Notes: generated by a model not told the origin, from the letters alone. Numbered from the stretch's first letter, positions 50,530-61,855 are shown. The stretch is DNA of 64,000 nt from Octopus sinensis (GCF_006345805.1 NC_043007.1:29636001-29700000); one strand, 5' to 3'. Numbers and translations are program-made.

Positions 50530-52000
50530 TTTGTAGAAGATTAATAACACATTGAGGTTAGATATTTTGCACATGTTTAGATATATCTAATATCTATCCT
50601 TCAAGTGAATGGAATAAATATTTCGTAAGTTATGAGGAAATTAACAATCTTCCAAATTGCAGCGACCAAAAGTCAAGCGTCACTTAGAAAGAATGAACTA
50701 CTAACCGAGGTATTTGTTGTTTAGAAGACTGTTCATGGGTTAACAGTTCATTCTTATGATCTTACATTATTGGAACATTCAACTGTAAACATGGCGGCTT
50801 GTGAGAGACTGCTAGTGTCCTGTGATGAAAAACAAAGGATTGTGTGCCTTCACCAAGAGGGAAAGTCAGATTCTGTGATAGCAACTATTGTAGGAAGGTC
50901 CAGAAGTGATGTGCAACGAATTGCAGTTCGTTTTAAGTCATCAGGATCAACAGATGCTAAACCCCAAACCTGTAAATCTTATAAAGCTTCACCAAGACAA
51001 GATCATATTTTGGTTATAATGTCACTGAGATATCCTGCGAGTTTTACTCCACTTCCGAAGTCAACGTATCGCGCAAAACAGTTTCTCGGGGGCTACGAGG
51101 TTCAGGGCTGCATGCTTGGGCACCGGCAAAGAAACCTCTGATCTCCAAGAAGAATCAAAGAGTCCATCTTCGTTTCACTCACAAACATATCGTTTGGATA
51201 GAAGTACTCGCAGGTTCACTTTAGCGATAAACTGAAGTTTAATGTGACTGGCTCTGATGGCGGGATGTATGTCTGATGAAGAAGTGGCGAAAGGTCATCT
51301 CGTGCATGTGTGGAGAAGACAGTGAAATATGGAAGAGGCAATGTAATGGTGAGGGATCTCTGCCGCTGGTCCTCATCAACTCATTCGCCTACAAGGGACT
51401 GTCACGGTTGAAACCTATAAGCAGATCTTTAGACAGCATGCCCTTCCACATCTCTGATCCCCGTCAGTTCAACCTCCTATCTCCGTGCAGCACAACGATC
51501 CCGATCCCGAGTGACGAAGGGGTTCATCTCATGGACTGGCCACCAGAAGATTATTGGAGATGGGGCGCGAAGGAGGAATCCAAAGAACAAAGATGAACTC
51601 TGGGAATTATTGAAAACGAATGGAATAATATTACTCCACCGTTTTACAAGAAATTAATTCAATCCTGTGCTAACCGATGTCAGGAGGTCATTGATAGTAA
51701 AGGGATGTTCACAAAATGTTAATAGTAAGGGTTTCTTTTTTGTTCTTGTTCCATTTTTCATTGTTTTTTGTTTTTCTAAGTGACCCTTAACTTTTGGCCG
51801 CTGCAATTTGGAAGCTTATTTGTTTATTTCCTCGTAACTTACGAAATATTTATTCCATTCACTTGAAATTTTCACAAAAGATAGATTTTAGATATATCTA
51901 AATATATGTAAAATACCTAATATCAGCGCTTTGTTAATCTTCTATAATAAATATTTCAATACACTTGTTCTTACTAACCCTTATATTATGGCCGCTACTG
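50530..52000 (+). mobile_element. Tc1-family DNA transposon relic with long IR-DR terminal inverted repeats
   Basis: Transposase remnants SCDEKQRIVCLHQEGKS..RFKSSGST, HFSDKLKFNVTGSDG, TVKYGRGNVMV, MDWPP. About 50530-50695 is the inverted match of 51775-51950. The right end ..ggccgctactg|TA is at 52000, and outer and inner DRs share gcggcca..taaggg. Confidence 0.9.
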
Positions 52001-52479
52001 TATATTAAACATTCCTTGGTCATACATTTATCAAAATACAAATCAGGAAATTACCAATAAAATCCAGTGGGTCTGGACATAAGTAAATACAGACGCAGGG
52101 CACGGCAGAGTTGGCATGTTATATAGAATAGAACGTTGGTGGACGTGCAGCTAATGTTTTTGGGCTGATTTCGCAGTTATTTAAGAAGGAGAATTGATGC
52201 AGCGTACACTTGAAGGTTTTGCTTATGTGTGGCTGGTGTTCACGCACTTTTGGGGAAAATTTAAGATACTCATCACTTTTAGGAGCGAAGCAAGGGTGAA
52301 AAAGATGGTGTCGGTCTTCTTCATATCTTTATCTTTTATCCTTTTATTATAGCTTTCAGTTATTGCTCTTTCACTCTCCTTCTGCTCTTTATTTTTATCT
52401 TTTCCCGAATTTCTCTACTCTCTACTCCGGTAATCCACCCGTTCCTACGGATTGCTATTGCTTCGTCTATCAGACACTG

Positions 52480-52920
52480 GGTGGATCCTTCAAAACTTCT
52501 TTTTTCATCCCATATTCTCTTCATTCGATTCATGAGGCCTCTTTATTTGGTTCACTTCTCACCCAGCATTTCAGCAGTATTTTTATCATGACACCCATCA
52601 CAAGGTGGATTGCTAGCCATGGTTCGGAGATTGCTATTATTTTTCTGGTTTGGCTGAGTTTCGGTCTAATTCCTAGTAGGATTTATGTAGGTAGCTGGTA
52701 ATTACCTGTGAACTTAGGTATTCAGAAGTTTTCAGCAATCTTTCACGTACGGAAGTGCGTTTTAGTGAAAAGGTGGCAGGGTGAAGAGATGGAAGGTGGG
52801 ATCCGGTCTGTAGATGTGTATCTAGAGAGGAGAGAAGGGCTATATTACAGGTTTGGGTTCGCAGCAGTGCCGTATCCACAACTGATCGAAGGTACCTTTC
52901 TTTGGGGTGCCTCTTAAAAT
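52480..52920 (-). mobile_element. Possible old RTE-like LINE 3' remnant
   Basis: Weak SVVDTALL and PNHG segments. Heavily decayed. Confidence 0.3.
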
Positions 52921-53169
52921 TTGGAGATGAAATTAACAAGAATTGCTAAAACAATTACTGGATGTTCAGAATTTCTTTGCTTTACTTTGTAACAAATATA
53001 TATGTGACACAATTAAATTTTATACGAGTAAATTTTAAGAGGTGTGATACTAAACACAAAATTACGCTCGACCAGTTGTGGAGGTCACGCGGCGCTGCAT
53101 ACAGGTCAGGTCATCAACCGCAATGTCGGCCTCCTACGCGCCTACATGCAACGCCTACTCACACCACAT

Positions 53170-53216
53170 ATTTAGTAGATGTGAGTATAAATATATATAT
53201 ATATATTTATTAGATG

Positions 53217-53268
<52 letters not shown>

Positions 53269-53363
53269 CTGTGTGTGTGTGGCGTGTGTATGTGTGTGTA
53301 TGTATATACATACATGCGTTCACACATGCATGCATACATACATACATACATACACGCATACGT

Positions 53364-53394
<31 letters not shown>

Positions 53395-53460
53395 CATACG
53401 TACATACACGCGTATGTGTGTGAGTGCATGTGAGTATGTGTGTTTGTGTGTCTGAGAGTA
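53170..53460. repeat. (TA)/(TG)/(TACA) compound microsatellite
   Basis: Directly visible. Confidence 0.9.
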
Positions 53461-53814
53461 TCAATTACAGTGGTGTGCATACTGAGTACCTGTGGTAGTA
53501 AAATTTACTTTCTATTGTGAACGATGTGGAAAGAGAAAGGAAAATTTTCATTCATGATTAGCAATCGTTCAACGTAGTTGTTGATGATGATGATGTCGAT
53601 AAAGAGAGAGAGGGGGGAGAGGAGAGAGAGAGAATTTGAGAAAGAGGGGATCAGAGAGCGACAAAGAGAGAGAGAGACGGAGAGAGACAGAGAAGGAGGG
53701 AGAGAGCGCGCAAGAAAAAGGGAGAGAGATAGATTATGATGGTGGTGATGGTAGTGGTGGTGGTGGTAGTGGTTGGAGGAATAAAGCAATGTGTTGTGTG
53801 TTGTTTGTGTTGTC

Positions 53815-53950
53815 ATTTTTAAGCGTCCGCCTCGTTCTCCCTGCAGCTCACGTGTTGATACATGAGCCAGACAAACGAACGAACGAACGAACGAATGAAG
53901 AGGAAAAAGAAAAATATGGCGCCAACCAAATCCAACCAATGGCCTCACTC
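53815..53950. promoter_or_regulatory. Promoter-like CpG-containing pocket
   Basis: CACGTG E-box, YY1-like AAATATGGCGCC and CCAAT within about 130 bp of unique sequence. Confidence 0.2.
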
Positions 53951-55009
53951 TGTTTGTTTTGTTTTTGTTTTCCATAGCTCTGAGCTGTGGCCATGCTGGG
54001 GCACCGCCATTGTGGTGAAGAGAAGCAGATCACCACCCCCTGACGGAGGTAACTTTTAGGTGTTTTCGAATAAACACCACCAACGTCTGAGATTCGAAAC
54101 CCGATCCTGCGACCGCTGCCCTAACCACTAGGCCATTGCGCTTACATTGCGCTTTATTTTTTTATTTTTTTTTTTTTGCGCGAGACTTACGTGTGATATC
54201 TCGTTGGCTGGTTAGTGATTACGTGGGTTGTTGCTTACCACGTTGCTCTTGTTGTTGTTGTTACTATTGACAACGATTCTGTTATTTCCCTGTTCTAGTG
54301 GAGATAGAAGACGGTCACCATGGGACCCGATGCAGGGCCTCTTAGATTGGTGGGTGGGTGTTTAAGAGTGAAGAAGGTATCTTAAGACCGGAAACCGGAT
54401 CCGTCTGAGTGCTTGCAACAGAGGGGACCTACTTCAGGACACCCAAGGCACCAGGTGAGAGGAGGAGGGAATCATTAAAGGGATTAAGTCTCCGCTTTGT
54501 GTAGGCCATGGCTGGAAAGTCATAAACTCAGAAAGCAAGGAACCGGAGCAAATACCACAAAAGTGTCCGACGTTTCTTACTCTTCAGCTAATCCAACTTT
54601 CCGCGATTGGGATTTTTTTTAACCCTCGAAAAGATAAAAGCAAAAGTTCACCTTAGCCTGATTTGAACTCAGAACGCACAGATTCAGAATAAAGTTCTTG
54701 TTATTGTTGCTGTAGTTGTTATTGTTTGATGGTGTTATTGTTGTAGTTGTTATTGGTGTAACTATCGTTATCTTTACGATGATAGTCTTGTTGTTGTTGC
54801 TGTTATCATTTAGTCGCTGCTCAACCTTGCACCAGCTATGAACAAAGCTATGTTCCAGTCATGACCATCAACTATTATTATATAAAGGGGTTCATCGGAA
54901 AGTGTGTCCTGCAGAGCGTGATTTGATAGAAATTTAGCTGCCATTTCATGTAGAGCGAACGACCACATAGAAGCACATTGTTGCTTTTATTAATAATCAT
55001 TTCTACTAT

Positions 55010-55205
55010 AAGCACAATGCCTGAAATTTGGGGGAGGGGATAGTCGATTACATGGACCCCAGTGCGTAACTGGTACTTAATTTATCGACCCCGAATGGAT
55101 GAAAGGCAAAGATGATTCGTCGGAATTTGAACTCAGAACATAAAGATGGGCGAAATGCCGTTAGGATTTCGCCCGGCGTGCTAACGTTTCTGCCAGCTCC
55201 TCGCC
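55010..55205 (-). mobile_element. SINE family A
   Basis: Reverse complement of the family A consensus. Confidence 0.85.
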
Positions 55206-55295
55206 GTCTTATTAATGTTGTTGATAATGATGATGCTGATGCTGTCGATGTCGTTGCAGTGGTGGACGCCGATGTTTCCACACACACACACAGAA

Positions 55296-55328
<33 letters not shown>

Positions 55329-55800
55329 GAGCCACTCAGGCGCGCGTTGAAACGTGAAGGTGCCAATGTGTATTCAGATGAATGAGCGTTCGACTGGAAG
55401 ATGAGTGAAATATGTTGGAGTAAAAATAAATGACGGAAGGAAAGTTGCAAGTTAAATTAAAAAACAATGAATGAAGTTGAATGAGTGATGAATAAATGAG
55501 ACGAATCAAACGATGGTGAGTGATGACAAATTTTGAATGATGAAAGGTAATAAAAACTGATAAATGTAGTAAAATGAATGCAATAAATTAACGCTAATTG
55601 AAATTTGTTGTGACGAGAAAGTGGAGGACCAGGCAAGAAGGAATTGAGGGGGGGTGCAGGAAGTAACCGGAAATGGAGGGTGTTAGGAAGGAGACTAACA
55701 AAATGGCTGATATTGTTTTTTAAGATTTAACACAGTCGAGAAAAAACGTTTCTTGCGTATTGAGATGATATACACACGCACACATACCACCCCACCCCAT

Positions 55801-55866
<66 letters not shown>

Positions 55867-57532
55867 TCTCTCAACAATTGTCTAGCGTTAATACGTATGT
55901 CCATCTTGGATGAGAATATACGAGATTACACGAGATTGTACGGGATTTTCGGATAAATACATAGATCGTGGGAGACAACTTATATGAAAATCCTAATTGT
56001 TGTCTCCCATGTATTAGCCCAGGAAGCGGGGTTGACCATGACTTGATTAGGTTAATTGAATTAGAAGTTTCATTCACAATGAACTGATTAATTCTTTAAT
56101 TTTTTCATGTCCACGTGCAAATTTATAAGCATAAATATTCATGCATGTGCCCATGTACAGCCATACGAAGCATGAGCACATGCACACGTACATACACACA
56201 CACGCACCACACGACACCACACTCTAGCACACACACATGTAAACGACAAATATGGAGTTGCAGTGGGATAATAATGTTAATACAGCTGTCATTTAGGGAT
56301 ATACACGCTACGCTGCATACATACTTTTGTAAATACATAATACATGTATACACACACACGCACGCGCGCTCACTCACTCACACAAACACGGCAGCCACAC
56401 ACATGCACATACACACAAGTAACTTTTAAAACGCCGAGGAAGGGAAAAGTGGGTGTGAGGAATACGTAGCTTTAAGGAAAGAGGGGTAGCTTTTCTGCTG
56501 TCCAACGCAAAGAAACACTCACACACATACATTATATACATACATACGTACTTACATACATACATATGTCTACTATACACTATTCTAAATTCGTGATTAC
56601 CTGTGTGTACGTTTGTAAATGTGTGTGTATGTGTTTGTATTTGTGTGTGTATGTGTGTGTGTATATGTGTGTGAGACGTCCTACAACTATCTGTCTCTAT
56701 TTTCGTAGGGTCTTCCCTGTTGCTGTCACATTGTGAAATTTTAAAATTACGTCAAGTTTGGTATATGGAAATTATTTTCCACGTTAAATTGGATTTTGTC
56801 ATTTATTCGTTCCAGAAAAATTGCTGAAAAATGTCACTGAGGTTTGAAGTTTAATTAATTTTACCTAATCAGAGAACAGGATTTGGAAGCTGGCATTTTC
56901 TGTATGATAGCTGTCTATCACAAAATGAAAATAAAATCATTAGGAAGAAGAATTTTTATTAAACAAACGAAACCAAAGATTTACGACAACCAAAGTTGTG
57001 GGAACTTCTGAAGATTTTAATGAATAAAGTCACATGAAAGAGTCGAACAGACGTAAATATTTTTAAAAGGGAAATAATCTTCAACGAAGTATTTTGCGAA
57101 AAATTGCACCAATCTGTCCCGATCAAGAGACCTATTTATATAAGACATTCTAACGTAAAAATTACCCAGCAACGACGGGCTATTCAGCTAGTATATATAT
57201 AGGAATATATATACCATTGTGTCTGGAGAGAGCCATTCTCTTCAATTTCCACTCATTTATTTATTTATTTTAAAAATAAAACTATTGAAAAGGTTGCAAG
57301 AAGCAACGAAAATTTTAGGAACAAAAATAAATAAATGAGTGGAAATGTTACCGGTGAGTGTGTTAAATAATAAGACACTAAAAGAGAATGACCCTCCCCA
57401 AACACAACAGAAAATGCTTCAACACACGAACTCACATAAAAAATCTTGCAAACCAAATCCCAAAACGAAATATATATATATATGTGTGTGTGTGCGTATG
57501 TATGTATACATGTATATATATATCTATCTATA

Positions 57533-57574
<42 letters not shown>

Positions 57575-57620
57575 GTATGTATACATGTATATATATATAT
57601 AGATATATATATATATATAT

Positions 57621-57667
<47 letters not shown>

Positions 57668-57769
57668 TGTGTGGTGTGTGTGTGTGTGTGGTTTTGGGAT
57701 TTGGTTTGCAATATATATATATATGTATTATGTATGGATACATATACATACATACATCCTATATACGAC

Positions 57770-57905
57770 GAGCTTCATTCGGTTTCCGTCAACAAAATCC
57801 ACTCACAAGGCTTTGGTTGGCTCGAGGCAATAGTAGAAGATGCTACGTAGTGTGACTGAATCCGTAACCGTGTGCTTAGGAAGCCAATTTCTTGCCACAC
57901 AGTCA
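57770..57905 (-). mobile_element. SINE family B head
   Basis: Reverse complement of the family B head. Confidence 0.7.
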
Positions 57906-57921
57906 CGTCATATATCCATAT

Positions 57922-58416
57922 TAGCCTTGAAGCCAGCCTTCGGGCAGCGTTCCCGTTGGATCATGCGGAGGGCACCTTTAACGCATTCAGTACTACAATC
58001 GGCCCGATTCGCGGCCCGCTGCCCTTGTGTAATGAAACTTATTTCTGCAAAAGTGCGAACCATCGATGCTGATCATAGTTTAATCAATAAGCGTGGGAGC
58101 GATGTAAATGCAGTAAAAATAGTGAGTGGGGCCCCATTTAAGCGGCTCTTCAGAAATTGAACCTCCATACGATACTCCCCGGGAGTTCATGGCATGAAAT
58201 TCATTTTGCTCCTCAATGCCATGTATTTAGTTTCAAATGCAGTAAAAATGGCGGAGCCCCAATTAGGCGGCCTTTAAATATTCAGACCTCCACCTTAGGA
58301 CATTCTCTGGGATTAGGAGAGTTGCTGGTTTGAGTCTCGTTGTCATTGTGCACACGGTCTAGGAGGAGTTAACGAACATAAAAGCGTAACGGACAGAGAA
58401 ACATCACTCAAATCTA
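57922..58416 (-). mobile_element. Non-autonomous Helitron-like element
   Basis: Minus 5' end a|tcttaatataga..tctctgtccg, 3' GC-rich hairpin before a degenerate CTAG, internal duplicated aaatgcagtaaaaat..ggcccc block. Confidence 0.5.
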
Positions 58417-58471
58417 TATTAAGATATGGGTGTGTTTGTGTGGAAACATACATACATACATACATATATAC

Positions 58472-58519
<48 letters not shown>

Positions 58520-58621
58520 TAGTAATGGTAAGACAACAAGAGAATGAAAGAGACCTCGATATTATGTAAATAGAGGAATTTATCTGTAATATATGACAGT
58601 TATTCGGTTGCCATATATATA

Positions 58622-58657
<36 letters not shown>

Positions 58658-58674
58658 TGTATGTATGTATGTAT

Positions 58675-58920
58675 GTATATAATTTAGAGAAAAACCTCCA
58701 TTAAACAATTCAATAAAGAAATATATTATTCACAGTATATAGAAAACATATACTATAAAAAAATAGTAAATAGTAGTAAATAGTAATATTTACTATTTAT
58801 TGTACTTTGCTGATTTTTAAAATAAGTTTTTTTATAGTATATGCTTTCTATTTGGTGTGAATAACATCTTTCTTTATTGAATTGTTTAATAGAGGTTTTT
58901 CTCTAAATTATATACATATA
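58675..58920. repeat. Imperfect inverted repeat (about 90-bp arms, about 65-bp spacer)
   Basis: aatttagagaaaaacctccattaaacaattcaataaagaa.. versus ..ttctttattgaattgtttaatagaggtttttctctaaatt. Confidence 0.9.
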
Positions 58921-59107
58921 TATTGTGAAATTTGATTTAAAATTGTTAAAATTGTTAATTTGGAATTATATTCCTACTATTATTATATATATAGCGTGTG
59001 TGTGTGCGTGTGTGAGAGAGAGATAGAGAGTGTGTGTGTGTGTGTGAGTGCGTGTGTATAAATAATATATATATATAATATATATATATTATATATATAT
59101 ATATATA

Positions 59108-60882
59108 TTCCAGGGGATCTAATGCGCTTGGCTTAGATTTCCCTTGGCGGGGTGGCCATATCGGAGCAATCTCAAGATTAATCAGCCGAAATTGCTAAGA
59201 TGATCTGGTTCTTGACTGATGACTGAGGGCTTCGAATGTCCCGTCCTGTGGTTCTTGTGTCGTCTCTGTGGTGTTTCATGTTCTTGTCCATGTCTGTATT
59301 TAATTTTACTGTTTACCTATATAATCGGCGGCTACGTATCCACAATTGTCCTTATACGATAAGTATATTTTTTTCTCAAGCTTTGATACGACTCTTAATC
59401 TGTCTCTTTTCTCTCTCTCTCCCTCTCCCTATTCCACTTCCGTTCTTTCCCTCTCCATCCGTCTCCCCCCCCCCTTTCTACGTTTCTCTATCTCTCTCAC
59501 CTCCAGCCCCCTCGATCTGTCTCTTTCTTCTCCTCCTCGTCCACCTTCTTCCTTTTCATCTGTCCCTCTCTCCTGTCTTTTGTTCTCACGTGACAGCTAG
59601 CCGCTGTTGAGCGCTCTTTTCGTTTTCAGCAGCCTCAGAAGCAACACGGATTTGTTCGTCTCCCCGTGGCCTTTAGGCACAACTTCACAAGCCAGCCCCT
59701 ACTCAAATCGTCCTGTCGAAAGGACCCTTGTCCTACGTCTGGTTTTTTTGTTGTTTATTTTTTATTTTTACCGTTATTGTTTTTACGTTTTGTATTCTTA
59801 TTGGTGTCACGTATTCTGTATTTTTGTTTGTGTACTTCGATCGTTTTCCGTCCTTTCGTTGTATACATTCGAAGCTTTCTTCCAGGGGATCTAATGCGCT
59901 TGGCTTAGATTTCCCTTGGCGGGCTGGCCATATCGGAGCAATCTCAAGATTAATCAGCCGAAATTGCTAAGATGATCTGGTTCTTGACTGATGACTGAGG
60001 GTTCGAATGTCCCGTCCTGTGGTTCTTGTGTCGTCTCTGTGGTGTTTCATGTTCTTGTCCATGTCTGTATTTAATTTTACTGTTTACCTATATAATCGGC
60101 GGCTACGTATCCACAATTGTCCTTATACGATAAGTATATTTTTTTCTCAAGCTTTGATACGACTCTTAATCTTTGTCTCTTTTCTCTCTCTCTCCCTCCT
60201 CCCTTATTCCACTTCAGTTTCTTTCCCTCTCCATCCGTCTCCCCCCCCCCTTCTAGGTTCTTCTATCTCTCTCTCTATCCCCCTCCTCCCCCCCCCCTCC
60301 CCCCTCGATCTGTCTCTTTCTTCTCCTCCCTCGTCCACCTTCTCTCCCTTTTCATCTGTCCCTCTCTCCTGTCTTTTGTTCTCACGTGACAGCTAGCCGC
60401 TGTTGAGCGCTCTTTTCGTTTTCAGCAGCCTCAGAAGCAACACGGATTTGTTCGTCTCCCCGTGGCCTTTAGGCACAACTTCACAAGCCAGCCCCTACTC
60501 AAATCGTCCTGTCGAAAGACCCTTGTCCTACGTCCTGGTTTTGTTTTGTTGTTATTTTTATTTTTACCGTTATTGTTTTTACGTTTTGTATTCTTATTGG
60601 TGTCACGTATTCTGTATTTTTGTTTGTGTACTTCGATCGTTTTCCGTCCTTTCGTTGTATACATTCGAAGCTTTCTCCAGGGGATCTAATGCGCTTGGCT
60701 TAGATTTCCCTTGGCGGGCTGGCCATATCGGAGCAATCTCAAGATTAATCAGCCGAAATTGCTAAGATGATCTGGTTCTTGACTGATGACTGAGGGCTTC
60801 GAATGTCCCGTCCTGTGGTTCTTGTGTCGTCTCTGTGGTGTTTCATGTTCTTGTCCATGTCTGTATTTAATTTTACTGTTTA

Positions 60883-60890
<8 letters not shown>
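59108..60890 (+). repeat. Head-to-tail repeat, 772/795-bp units, about 2.3 copies, embedded in (TA)n
   Basis: ccaggggatctaatgcg starts near 59110, 59882 and 60677. The third copy stops after about 215 bp at tttacctatata. Confidence 0.97.
59165..59231 (+). ncRNA. Candidate strand-permuted hammerhead-like ribozyme (also at about 59937 and 60732)
   Basis: AGCAAT-C-TCAAGA / TCAGCC-GAA-ATTGCT / TCTTGA-CTGATGA-CTGA. Stems I and III are 6 bp in exact hammerhead register, stem II is imperfect. Confidence 0.4.
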
Positions 60891-60914
<24 letters not shown>

Positions 60915-60915
<1 letters not shown>

Positions 60916-61855
60916 TAGCTTAAAAGCCTCGCGATTGGGCTGCTTTTAAGCTAGCTCCTGTGGAGGGCTCTTCATTAGGCTTTGGGCCCAACAATGGCAC
61001 TTCATGAATTGAGTACATATTAAAGTTTATTTAACTTGATCAATATTTTTCAAGCACTGATCAATTTTCCTCAAAACAATGATATAATTTGTCTTCCTGT
61101 TCGAGGGTCAGTACAAATAGCTTGTTTCCATTCCCTACCCTTCAACAACCAGCATAGAACTGGCCGTAGGCAACAATAAACTTACCTTTTAAAAGTTCAA
61201 CGATAAATCTGCTGCCGCCACTTAATTTAAAGACAATTCGATGTACGTAGGGCCTTACTTTTCGTACAAACCATTATTTTTAGTAACTGGTACGTACCTA
61301 AACTCCAGTTCGTAGTTTGAAGGAAAATTACACCATTGTCGCTAAACAGTATTTTAAAGTGCGATTTTTATGGTATGGAATTGTTCTATTTGACCTTAAC
61401 GATGTTTGAAATTTGGTACTTTTTAGTATTTTTTAGGGTAATAATAAAATTAGTCGAATTTATTTTTGATGCAGTCAGAGTGCGCTAAGTGTCCATAGCT
61501 CCGGCGGTTGACGGCATGAAAATAGGTCCGACAAATTTTATTAATATCTGAAAAATACTAAGTTTCCAACATTTTTATGGTAGAGAGTTGTGAGAGATAA
61601 TATTGTATGAGAGAGGGAGTTCAATACGTATTTCAGTTCCGAACGTTATGGTTAAATTACTTGATACAGTTTTAATATTTAGAGAAATAGTGTTTTTAAA
61701 TGTTTGGATAGAATAGAAGTCTTTGAATAGTGAGAGAGGGGTAAAGCATGAGGAATAGTAGAAGTGCCATTGAATAGTGGAAGAGAGGGTCGGAGTAGTA
61801 AAGTTAAAAAAGTGTGACACACTAACACACTGACATTCGCTTTCGCATTTATTAT
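60915..61855 (-). mobile_element. Non-autonomous Helitron with Pif1 helicase C-terminal remnant
   Basis: 3' CTAG|T at 60915 with a 13-bp perfect inverted repeat (60915-60927/60942-60954). Minus translation AYGQFYAGC*RVGNGNKLFVL (HGQLYVAxSRV motif) near 61080-61200. Lep1-like 5' end aaatgcgaaagcgaatgtcagtgtg. Confidence 0.85.

Noticed and set aside
59150-59200. HDV-like double-pseudoknot reading of the tandem unit (GGCTGG/TCAGCC plus AGCAAT/ATTGCT)
   Set aside because: It lacks the L3 TCCTCG-type loop, P1.1 and P4. The hammerhead-register reading explains more positions.
59110-59240. Tandem unit as an snRNA, vault, Y, 7SK or snoRNA gene
   Set aside because: It does not match the U1-U6, U11/U12, 7SL or vault sequences I know, and TGATGA and CTGA are adjacent rather than spaced as C and D boxes. 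An Rfam search is still needed.
59236-60765. Repeated ORFs MSRPVVLVSSLW.., MSALFVFSS.., MAFRHNF..
   Set aside because: They are low complexity, units differ by frameshifting indels, and there are no recognisable domains.
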